From: a virus
Strand: one strand, 5' to 3'
IMG/VR virus record: IMGVR_UViG_3300027971_000028
Coordinates: 69,337 to 133,336 of that record
DNA length: 64,000 nt
The notes under the pieces were generated by a model. That model ran no database searches. It saw only the letters and a list, made by a program, of their open reading frames with translations, and was not told the origin of the DNA. Shown here in pieces: positions 9,044 through 25,428 of this stretch. Each line of letters starts with the position of its first letter. The first letter of the stretch is position 1. The translations under genes were made by a program, and so were the position numbers.

Positions 9044-10518
9044 TATGCCCAACTTACTGTGTCTGAGACACCTGCTGCTGTAACTGTTGATATTTTATAA
9101 CCACCACTTGTGGCAGTTGTTTGTGTAACTCCACCGCTAAAAGTTGCGGTAAGAGATGATATGTATTTTAAAATAACCACACCAGAACCACCTGTACCAA
9201 AAAGAGTAGAACTTGTAGTTCCAGCACCATTTCCAGTATTTGCTGCGCCATTACCATAAGTTGGTGCTGCTCCTGCTGCATATGTTACTGAAGAGCCAGT
9301 AATAGAATTAGCAGTTCCAGGTCCTGGAATACATTCATTAGCACCAGCCAGTGAAGCTGCACCACCAGAACCTCCGCCTGCTCCACCATCATATGCGCCA
9401 TTACCACCAGTTGGGGTTTGAATTGAAGATGACCCAGCGTAACCTTCTACTGGTGAATAACCTCCAGCATTTCCTGAACCAGCGCCACCACCATAAGAAT
9501 AATCACCAGCACCACCACCAGAGCCACCTGATGCACCAGCAGCGCCTCTAGTATTACCGCCTCGTCCACCACCAGATGAAGAAGTAGTATTAAAAGTAGA
9601 GTTACCACCATTAGAACCAGGAGCACCACCTGCTCCAACTGTAACCGTGTAATTTGTTGAAGAAGAAACACTCTGACTAGTAAAGTATCTATAACCACCT
9701 GCGCCACCTGCGCCAATAAATTCTTTACCACCGCCTTCGGCATTGTACCCGCTACCACCACCACCAGCAACAATTAAATAATCAATTGAAATTGGTATTG
9801 TTACCGAACTAGTGGCAGAACTTTCAGGAGAATCTCCATTAGCGTTTGTTGTTTTTACTTTAAAAGTATAAGAAGAATTTTGTGAAAGTCCAGTAACTGT
9901 ATGACTTGTTGAACCTATTGTTGCTGCGTTTACTGGTGTTTGAGCAGTCGCACCAATATATGGGGTAATAGTAATAGCAGTAAGAGCACTACCACCATTT
10001 GAATTAAGTGTCCAAGTTACTACAACATCTGTACCTGATAAAGTAGCAGTACCAATAGTTGGAGCCTGTGGTCTAGTTGATGGAGTAACAGGACTAGCAT
10101 TGCCAGTATTTGTTGTTGTACCAAAATTGTTTTGTGCATTACCATATACAGTATAAGCAGTTCCTGGAGTTAATCCAGTTAAAGTAACTGTTGTGCTAGA
10201 ACTTGAAGCACTAAATCCACCAGCAGTTGTATAAGCATTATATTGAGTAGCCGTACTGCCACCAGTGCCAGGAGTAAATACAACCGATAGTTTACCAGCA
10301 GTAGATGTATAAGCATCACCAGAAGAAGTATCGGTTGGAGTTGCAATAGTTGGAACTGATGGAGGGGCAGAAGATGCTACCCAAGTAGTGCCATTATAAA
10401 TTTCAAGAAGTTCTAATGTACCATTGTAATAGGTATCACCAATTACAGGGCTACCAGGGCGGGCAGCGGTGTTACCAGAAGGTATGCCACCTTTAGAAGG
10501 AAATACTGCTGATGCCAT
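9043..10518 (-). CDS. Fibre protein: tail-fibre N-motif + two FN3-like domains + Gly-rich domain
   Basis: GNTAARP..GDTYYN..LEIYNGTTW; LTGLTPGTAYTV, LSQNSSYTFKV; IDYLIVAGGGG; GGSGVVILKY. Confidence 0.8.
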   Translation of the reverse strand: MASAVFPSKGGIPSGNTAARPGSPVIGDTYYNGTLELLEIYNGTTWVASSAPPSVPTIATPTDTSSGDAYTSTAGKLSVVFTPGTGGSTATQYNAYTTAGGFSASSSSTTVTLTGLTPGTAYTVYGNAQNNFGTTTNTGNASPVTPSTRPQAPTIGTATLSGTDVVVTWTLNSNGGSALTAITITPYIGATAQTPVNAATIGSTSHTVTGLSQNSSYTFKVKTTNANGDSPESSATSSVTIPISIDYLIVAGGGGSGYNAEGGGKEFIGAGGAGGYRYFTSQSVSSSTNYTVTVGAGGAPGSNGGNSTFNTTSSSGGGRGGNTRGAAGASGGSGGGAGDYSYGGGAGSGNAGGYSPVEGYAGSSSIQTPTGGNGAYDGGAGGGSGGAASLAGANECIPGPGTANSITGSSVTYAAGAAPTYGNGAANTGNGAGTTSSTLFGTGGSGVVILKYISSLTATFSGGVTQTTATSGGYKISTVTAAGVSDTVSWA

Positions 10519-10820
10519 TAGGAAATCTCCACTCCGCTAATTTGGAACTTAACTGTAACTGCTGATGCAAGACCGGCAATAATTTTAGTTGTAGCAAGGA
10601 CCTGCTTAAGGTCAAACAATGCTGTTGTGTTAGCAGCAATGGCTGCATCTTTAAATAGGTCAACACCATCTAGTGTGATGGTGAATGTAGCAGAAGTTGC
10701 TGCCGAGTTAGTTACTGCTATATTTGTAACTACCGTAGTTGTGCTTGCTGGAACTGTGTATAGGGTCGTGCTTGATGTTGCTGCTGCTCCTCGGAACAGA
10801 GCCTTTGATACTGTAGCCAT
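10518..10820 (-). CDS. Small virion structural protein (beta-rich)
   Basis: TTLYTVPASTTTVVTNIAVTN..ISGVEI; distant paralogue of 12118..12465. Confidence 0.7.
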   Translation of the reverse strand: MATVSKALFRGAAATSSTTLYTVPASTTTVVTNIAVTNSAATSATFTITLDGVDLFKDAAIAANTTALFDLKQVLATTKIIAGLASAVTVKFQISGVEIS

Positions 10821-10846
10821 TAGTTACTACTTTCTCTTAGTTGTTG

Positions 10847-10945
10847 TTATTTAGAATCCATGATGTCTTCAACCTGAAGGTTGTCAACATCTGTTGTTGT
10901 TGCGGCTGTACTAGCCAAGTTTGCTAGGTCTCTTGCTTTAGTCAT
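10847..10945 (-). CDS. 32-aa mini-ORF MTKARDLANLASTAATTTDVDNLQVEDIMDSK
   Basis: Overlaps the upstream stop; same 5' sequence as 8646..8687. Confidence 0.5.
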   Translation of the reverse strand: MTKARDLANLASTAATTTDVDNLQVEDIMDSK

Positions 10946-11285
10946 TTGTTATCTCCTTCCAAGATAGGTCATCTTCTGACCAGTAATATTCTTTATCCTC
11001 TACTGTAGGCATAGGAGTAGGTGCTTGCCATTGGCAAGTAGCCTCATCTAATGTCCAAGAGTTAAAAGGTTTAGGTGCTATAAAAGCATCTCGTGTAGCA
11101 TCATAGGTATAACCTTTATTTGCATAATTTTTTTTAATTGAACCATCTTGACTTGTTTCAATCCAAGTGCCACCAAGATTATTTAATAACCATTGATAAC
11201 CTTTATCACCGTTGGCATCATTATCATCTCCAACTAATACTCTTAAAACTTTATTGTTTTTATCAATTTCTGCCCAATAACTCAT
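10938..11285 (-). CDS. Small Trp-rich adhesin partner, paralogue 3
   Basis: MSYWAEID, KNYANKGYTYD, FIAPKPFNSW, WQAPTPMP. Confidence 0.75.
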   Translation of the reverse strand: MSYWAEIDKNNKVLRVLVGDDNDANGDKGYQWLLNNLGGTWIETSQDGSIKKNYANKGYTYDATRDAFIAPKPFNSWTLDEATCQWQAPTPMPTVEDKEYYWSEDDLSWKEITND

Positions 11286-12118
11286 ACTATGTACCTCACA
11301 ATTACAATTCCACTTCCGCCATTACCTGCGCCATCATTTCCACCCGCACCGCCACCGCCAGTATTAACTAAAGCGTTTTTATTAGATGGACGGTAACCAC
11401 CGCCACCTGCGACTTTTGTATTAGTCAGAGTGCCACCTTGACCAGTTCCACCTGAAGCATAATAAACAGTTCCAGAAACATTATCACCAGTTGTTGTTGC
11501 CAAACCCCAAGCAGAATAAGCAGAAGTACCCGCACCTGCCGCGCTGGTTTGCCAATTCCCACCTGCACCTGTGGCTCCCCCGCCACCTCCGCCTTCTGAA
11601 CCTCCACCAACTCCTGTTCCGCCAGCAAATCCATTTCCTGATTGACCACCACTACCAGTATTAAATTGACCGCCTTGTCCACCAGTTGTTGTTATTGTTG
11701 TAAATCCACTACCAGTCATACTTGATGAAGAACCATCTCCACCATTTCCATCTAATGAGCCGCCGCCGCCGTTTGCGCCAACTGTTATTGTGTATGTAAC
11801 GGCTGTAATTGTTCTTGAATCGGTAAGTTTAACTTCACCTGCGCCACCACCCGCACCTGCATATGTAGCAGTTTTTCCATACATACCGCCACCGCCACCA
11901 GCAATAGTTAAGATTTCACAAACGCCACCAGTTGTAACTACTAAACTGCCATTACTAGTAAAGGTGTGATATTTATATCCACCACTTGTAACTTCAGCGC
12001 CACCACTTGCAACAATTCCACTAGGAATATTACCGCCAAATCCTCCACCAAACCAATAGTTAATAGTGTTGGCTCCAACACCCCCAGTTAATCTACTTCT
12101 TTGTCCGTATCTTGACAT
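11282..12118 (-). CDS. Gly-rich adhesin-like protein
   Basis: YKYHTFTSNG, IAGGGGG, VNTGGGGAGG, GGSGIVIVRY. Confidence 0.75.
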   Translation of the reverse strand: MSRYGQRSRLTGGVGANTINYWFGGGFGGNIPSGIVASGGAEVTSGGYKYHTFTSNGSLVVTTGGVCEILTIAGGGGGMYGKTATYAGAGGGAGEVKLTDSRTITAVTYTITVGANGGGGSLDGNGGDGSSSSMTGSGFTTITTTGGQGGQFNTGSGGQSGNGFAGGTGVGGGSEGGGGGGATGAGGNWQTSAAGAGTSAYSAWGLATTTGDNVSGTVYYASGGTGQGGTLTNTKVAGGGGYRPSNKNALVNTGGGGAGGNDGAGNGGSGIVIVRYIV

Positions 12119-12465
12119 TAAGCAATCCTGTTCACATAACCTGTAAGAGTAACTACGTTAGCAGTTCCAGCAAATGCTTTAACTACTAGTGAGTTTGTTA
12201 GTAAGAGTCCAGGAGATACAAGAACTAATCCTGTACCTTCGGCACCAATATTAATTTCAATGTTGCCATCTGGAGCAGTAGCCTCTCCCCATTCAAGGGT
12301 AAGTTTTACCGTGGCTGCTGATGAGTTATGTGCATATAGCCAAATCTCATCAAGGGCTGTTGCGTGTGCTGTATGAATAGTTGTTCCTGCTGTAGCAGTT
12401 TGAACAACCTTGATGGCTTTACCATCTGTAGAACCACTAAGTTTTACTTTTGAAAAAGTTGCCAT
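12118..12465 (-). CDS. Small virion structural protein
   Basis: MATFSKVKLSGSTDG, DEIWLYAHN, GYVNRI. Confidence 0.7.
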   Translation of the reverse strand: MATFSKVKLSGSTDGKAIKVVQTATAGTTIHTAHATALDEIWLYAHNSSAATVKLTLEWGEATAPDGNIEINIGAEGTGLVLVSPGLLLTNSLVVKAFAGTANVVTLTGYVNRIA

Positions 12466-12475
12466 TTTGTTTTCC

Positions 12476-13837
12476 TTATCCGAATATTTGTGCGGCTAGT
12501 ATTGGTTGGTCATTGTCTGCTGATGGTACTGTCACTGCTGCCCACTCAAGGCCACCTGTGGCCGCTGAGTTAGCTTTTAGATAGTAATCATTAGTTCCTA
12601 CTGCAAGTCTACCAATTGTGTCAGCGGCAGTACCTACAAGTAAGTCACCTTTTGCATCAATTGTAGTTGAAAGAACTGCGTTTGCTACGTTATAGGCACC
12701 AATTGCAAGTATCTCAACAATGTCATTAACAGCAAGAGCGGAAAGGCTAGCAATTGAGGTGCCATTACTTGCGGTGTAATCTGTTCCTCTTACAAGTAAA
12801 ACACCGTTAAGAAATACTTGCTCATAGCCTGCCGTGTATGCAAGTGTTACTGAGTTTGCATCTGCTCCAGAAACTCCAGTTTCACCACCTGCGGCTACAA
12901 AACGATATCTAGTTAAAGTTGCAGTACCAGTAGGTCCTGTAGGTCCAGTACCTCCAGTGCTTCCTGTAACACCAGTTGGCCCTGTAGGACCTGTATTTCC
13001 AGTAGGTCCATCATTAGCACTCGCTGCCTCTACCCAATAACCATCATAATAAATATAAACATTTCCTGAAGATGCGTCATACCATGCGTCCCCCGCCTCA
13101 GGTGCGGCAGGTGGAGTTGTTGCAACTGTTGAGAATTGACCATCATCTCCAGTTATACCTGTTGCACCCGTATTTCCAGTTGCACCAGTTAAACCAGTTG
13201 CTCCCGTTAATCCTGTTGCACCAGTATTACCTTGCGCTCCTGTATTACCAGTTACACCAGTATTTCCAACTGCTCCAGTTGCACCCGTATTACCAGTCGG
13301 ACCATCATTTGCTGAGGCTGCCTCTACCCAATAGCCATCATAATAAACATATAAATTTCCACTTGCAGAGTCATACCATGCATCCCCAACTTCGGGGGAT
13401 GCTGGTGGAGTTGTTGCGGCTACGCTAAATTGACCGTCATCTCCAGTTACACCAGTCTGTCCAGTTACACCTGTTGGACCTGTAGGTCCTGTACTACCTT
13501 TACCTGAAAGTAAATCCCACCTTGCAGAGGAACCAGGAATGTGTGAAGCAATATCACCACTTGCAATAAATGTGTTACAAAAATATGTACTGCCGTTGTA
13601 TTGAACTACATCACGGACATTATATTCAACAAAATCAAAGGCTGCTCGCCAATTTATACCTGTTATACCAGTAGGCCCAGTACTTCCAGTTACACCCGTA
13701 GGTCCAGTCTGACCAGTAGCACCCGTTGGGGCTAAATCACGGACTACTTTCCATGCGGTACCGTTCCAACGCCAAGTAGTATTACCAGAGGTAAATGTAC
13801 TATTTACGCTAGGACTATTAGGAAAATCTATAGGCAT
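12476..13837 (-). CDS. Collagen-like fibre with interspersed globular modules
   Basis: IDFPNSPS N-module, GXT repeats, [14 protein letters not shown] (CBM-like), two [15 protein letters not shown] modules, [18 protein letters not shown]. Confidence 0.8.
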   Translation of the reverse strand: MPIDFPNSPSVNSTFTSGNTTWRWNGTAWKVVRDLAPTGATGQTGPTGVTGSTGPTGITGINWRAAFDFVEYNVRDVVQYNGSTYFCNTFIASGDIASHIPGSSARWDLLSGKGSTGPTGPTGVTGQTGVTGDDGQFSVAATTPPASPEVGDAWYDSASGNLYVYYDGYWVEAASANDGPTGNTGATGAVGNTGVTGNTGAQGNTGATGLTGATGLTGATGNTGATGITGDDGQFSTVATTPPAAPEAGDAWYDASSGNVYIYYDGYWVEAASANDGPTGNTGPTGPTGVTGSTGGTGPTGPTGTATLTRYRFVAAGGETGVSGADANSVTLAYTAGYEQVFLNGVLLVRGTDYTASNGTSIASLSALAVNDIVEILAIGAYNVANAVLSTTIDAKGDLLVGTAADTIGRLAVGTNDYYLKANSAATGGLEWAAVTVPSADNDQPILAAQIFG

Positions 13838-13902
13838 ATGACTCTCTTACTTCAGCAAAAGGATAGGACTACTATACTATAAATTTGAACTTTCTATATA
13901 AA

Positions 13903-13941
13903 AGAAACTGCCCACCTTTTATAAAAAGATGGGCAATTTCT
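13903..13941 (-). terminator. Imperfect inverted repeat, likely terminator
   Basis: AGAAACTGCCCACCTTTT-ATA-AAAAGATGGGCAATTTCT just after the 13956 stop. Confidence 0.55.
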
Positions 13942-13955
13942 ACCTAATATTTAGG

Positions 13956-16103
<2,148 letters not shown>

Positions 16104-16189
16104 TCATTTCACTCGAGTGGGATGATTCCCAAGACCAATTTTACCCTAGATAAAAAAAGGTGATTAAAATATTTTTTTAAAAATTATTC

Positions 16190-17116
16190 TCATACTGCAG
16201 ACTTTAGATATCTAACTACAACTATCCCCGAGCCACCATTTCCACCTGTTGAGTCATAACTTTGACCATCAGAACTACGAACACCGCCTCCTCCTCCGCC
16301 ACCACCTGAACCTGTATTTGTAGTTGCACTACATTGATAAAAATTTAACGCATCTCCAGCAGATGTAAAATAGTTTCCGTTTCCTCCTCCTCCTGAACCT
16401 CTTGATGCAGAGTTTGAGCTATTTACGCTTCCTCCTCCTCCGCCACCAGCAATATATCCAGAAGATGTTGCTTGTTGCCAAGTTAAATTAAAAAATCCTC
16501 CTATTCCACTCATTACCGAACTAATAGCAGATAACCATGTTGAATATGCAGAAGTTCCACTTCCACCTGCGCCACCATTATTGCCACTTGCTGCACTACC
16601 AACTGCACCTGCTCCGCCGCCGCCACCATTACCCTGTGATGCGTAAGCTCCACCTGCATAACCTTCTACTGGAGAGTATGAACCAGAGTTACCAGAACCT
16701 GCTGCTTGGTTTGCTCCATACCAACCTCTACCACCACCACCAGAGCCACCGTTACCACCAGCGCTAGCATACTCTGCGCCACGGCCGCCACCTGATGTAT
16801 TTAAAGAATTAAATGAAGATGGGCTTCCAGAACTGTAGCCACCTCCTGCGCCAATAGTTGCATTATATGATCCTGCTGAAAGAGTTGCAGTACTAGAACG
16901 AACTCCACCAGCACCGCCGCCGCCACCACCACTTCCACCACCTCCGCCGCCAGCAATAACTAAATATTCAACAGATATACTTGATCCAGTTATTGTTAAA
17001 TCACTTGTACTAGTAAATACTCGGTAATAATAAGTCGAATCAGATGAAAGTGTCCCCCCACTTACAAATGTTCTTTTTGATATTTCAGAGGAAAATACTC
17101 CTACAAGATGACGCAA
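16190..17116 (-). CDS. Gly-rich adhesin-like protein
   Basis: VEYLVIAGGGGGG, SPVEGYAGG, GGSGIVVVRY. Confidence 0.75.
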   Translation of the reverse strand: MRHLVGVFSSEISKRTFVSGGTLSSDSTYYYRVFTSTSDLTITGSSISVEYLVIAGGGGGGSGGGGGGAGGVRSSTATLSAGSYNATIGAGGGYSSGSPSSFNSLNTSGGGRGAEYASAGGNGGSGGGGRGWYGANQAAGSGNSGSYSPVEGYAGGAYASQGNGGGGGAGAVGSAASGNNGGAGGSGTSAYSTWLSAISSVMSGIGGFFNLTWQQATSSGYIAGGGGGGSVNSSNSASRGSGGGGNGNYFTSAGDALNFYQCSATTNTGSGGGGGGGGVRSSDGQSYDSTGGNGGSGIVVVRYLKSAV

Positions 17117-20581
<3,465 letters not shown>

Positions 20582-20592
20582 TTAGCCCCTCC

Positions 20593-22857
<2,265 letters not shown>

Positions 22858-22989
22858 CTATCACTCGAACACGTCTGAACGAGGTAGAACTAGATAGGTC
22901 TTTCTATATTCTACAAGATTTTTAACACTCTTACTTTTTTATTTTATTAAAAAGTGCTTATAAAGTTGTCTTTATTATAGAGCATTTTT

Positions 22990-24192
22990 CTACCTGCTAG
23001 CTGGGATAATGCTTATATCTCTACGAGGGTCATAGCCTTCTCCAATTACCATTGTTAAAACTCCAGCAGGAGACTCAAGCCCTGTTCTATCTCTAAACCA
23101 GGCAGAGCCAGGATCTAGAGTCGGACATTGCGCCCAAAATCTAGGACCTATATCCATGCTTTTAAAATGGTGATAATGACCAGATAACCAAACATCGCAA
23201 TTTCCAAGAGCGGTCTGTCCTGCTGCTTGACCTGAAAGATATTTAATTGGATCTCTAGATTGATGACCATGAAATAAACCAAGCATAGTTCCATTTATAT
23301 TTATTGCTAAAGTTTGATGATCACTTTCTGGATATCTAAACTCAACGTGGGCTAAGTTTTCATTCTCTGCGCAAGCGTCCTGCACAGCGCTAGCAATCTC
23401 GGTGTTCCAACCATCTGCTGGATTAGCAACTACTTGCCTAGTTACCTCATCATGGTTTCCATTAACTACTGGCACAACTACTCGATCTGATATCTCAGCA
23501 AATGCTTTTATTTGAGACATTAATAGTCTACGAGCAACTCTTGTCTGCTCCGTTAGTCCTAGATCTGAAGCAGCCTGACTTTGTAATTTTCCGTGCTGGG
23601 AAACATTTCCCTCTACATGATCTCCTAACAATGCAATAACTGTTGTTCCTAGGCTTCTACCTATCTTACGCAACTCTTTTAATCTATGAATCCCGCCCTC
23701 GGTGGTTTGATGAATTCTTGCTACAGACTCTAAAGTCCCGCCGCCACTACCTTTTTTACCAATTTGTTGATCACTGGGAGCAAATACAAAAGCAAACTCT
23801 CCTGTTGCTTTTATTTCTCTAGCAGCAGGTCTCCATTTTTTTATGTCTTCTATAAGTTTTTCTAAATCTAAATCATTTTCTTTTCTTATCATCTCTGCTG
23901 CAACTACATTTATTCTTGCCGACTCTAACCACTCGCCATCGTATCTTTGCCATCTAGATCTACGAACTGATCTAACAATCCAGTCTTTGGGATCTAAATT
24001 AAACTCTTTTAAAATCTCTATCGCATCTGGCAGGTTTCCTTCTGATCTAGGGATAGAAACTAAGTACCCGCCAGCCTCATCTATCTCCATGCGAGGGCGC
24101 CATGCTTCTGGCGTGTTATTTTTTCTTATATCCGAGCCTGATTCTCCAGGGGATATAAGTGCGGCTAGCTTTTCAGCTATCGACTCACTCAT
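22990..24192 (-). CDS. Calcineurin-like metallophosphoesterase
   Basis: SDQQIG, LGDHVEG, GNHDE, FHGH, GHYH motifs. Confidence 0.82.
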   Translation of the reverse strand: MSESIAEKLAALISPGESGSDIRKNNTPEAWRPRMEIDEAGGYLVSIPRSEGNLPDAIEILKEFNLDPKDWIVRSVRRSRWQRYDGEWLESARINVVAAEMIRKENDLDLEKLIEDIKKWRPAAREIKATGEFAFVFAPSDQQIGKKGSGGGTLESVARIHQTTEGGIHRLKELRKIGRSLGTTVIALLGDHVEGNVSQHGKLQSQAASDLGLTEQTRVARRLLMSQIKAFAEISDRVVVPVVNGNHDEVTRQVVANPADGWNTEIASAVQDACAENENLAHVEFRYPESDHQTLAININGTMLGLFHGHQSRDPIKYLSGQAAGQTALGNCDVWLSGHYHHFKSMDIGPRFWAQCPTLDPGSAWFRDRTGLESPAGVLTMVIGEGYDPRRDISIIPASR

Positions 24193-24490
24193 TAATTTTT
24201 TCTAACTTACTGTTTAAATGTTTTTTTAATTGATTAGTCTTTCCTATATAGCATCTACAGGCTCTTGCTCTGTGAAGTCTTACTGAAGCAAATGCAATAT
24301 TATGACCTTCACTAGATATAATTTCATGAATCTTTAGATTAGATACAGATCCGTTGCCAGCTTTAGTAGAAAAAATTATTTCTAAAGCCTCTCGATCTTC
24401 ATCACTTACCGTGGCTAGTAATCTAGAGACTCCGCAAGGAAGACCTGTTTCGGATTTAGTTGCTGTTTTTAACTTCTCAGATAGGCTCAC
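24185..24490 (-). CDS. Hypothetical protein
   Basis: 101-aa ORF overlapping the next gene; C.V...HRARACRC suggests metal binding. Confidence 0.65.
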   Translation of the reverse strand: MSLSEKLKTATKSETGLPCGVSRLLATVSDEDREALEIIFSTKAGNGSVSNLKIHEIISSEGHNIAFASVRLHRARACRCYIGKTNQLKKHLNSKLEKINE

Positions 24491-24651
24491 TATAAAGTAC
24501 CCTTCTCATTCGTATGTAAGTGTTTAGATAACTAAACACTGCTTTCATACGGGTACTTTAACGGTAAATATTACTTTTTAGTAGCACCTAAGCAAACTTT
24601 TTTCCAGCGTGTCCTTTTAGACTTTTTTTACCTTTTTGTCTAATTTTGCCT

Positions 24652-24990
24652 TTAGGCTAGGTTGTTCTTTTTTGCCTCTACAGATGCTTGCTGAGTTGTA
24701 TCTATCATTCCAAGAACAAGTTCTTTAATAATTTGAACCTCTGTCATCATTTGATTATTAGTTTTATCTATCGAGTTAACTCTGTCAGCCATAGACTGAC
24801 CCCCGTTTGGCCAAAGTTGATACTCGACCTTATCCATTCTATCTGATAGAGTTCTACCTTCCCCATCTACCCCAATTGCTGCGTCTATCCTTTTTGCTAT
24901 TTTATAAACTGAATATAGAAAAATACAAAGCGCTGAGATTGCTCCTGTTATACCTACTATTTCATACCAAACTTGAGTACCGTTGAACAT
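24652..24990 (-). CDS. Single-pass membrane protein (actinophage type)
   Basis: N-terminal TM helix, QLWPNGGQSMADRV motif, coiled coil. Confidence 0.65.
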   Translation of the reverse strand: MFNGTQVWYEIVGITGAISALCIFLYSVYKIAKRIDAAIGVDGEGRTLSDRMDKVEYQLWPNGGQSMADRVNSIDKTNNQMMTEVQIIKELVLGMIDTTQQASVEAKKNNLA

Positions 24991-25197
24991 ATGAAGGGAG
25001 CACCTATCTGACTAATGTCATAGTGACTTTTGACTAATGGTCTAATTTTGACATATATTTAAAGATCTTATTTTTTATATTGGCGAGTCTCTTCCCTTTT
25101 CGCCACAAAAACTCTATAGTTTCAATATTGCGTAAATGGTTCATATTTATCAAAACTTGCTCTATAGTTCGTCAACGATTTACATAAAGAAGGAGCG

Positions 25198-25428
25198 GTG
25201 GCTTTGATACAAGGACAAAAAAGACTAAGCATAAGAGCCGTTGCCCTGCGATACGGAATACCCTCTAGAGTTGTTGCCAGAGCTGTATGGCTTGGTGAAT
25301 TAAATGCAATTAAAACAACTACTGAAACTGGTAGAGAAAGAGTTTATATTCTTATTGAAGATGCGGATAAGTGGTTTTCTTTATTACCAGTTGTTTTAGA
25401 AACTGCTTATGTAAGTAGGTCAAAATGA
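25198..25428 (+). CDS. HTH (excisionase/MerR-like) DNA-binding protein
   Basis: LSIRAVALRYGIP..V..AV..GEL.A; ATGA-coupled to the primase. Confidence 0.6.
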   Translation: MALIQGQKRLSIRAVALRYGIPSRVVARAVWLGELNAIKTTTETGRERVYILIEDADKWFSLLPVVLETAYVSRSK

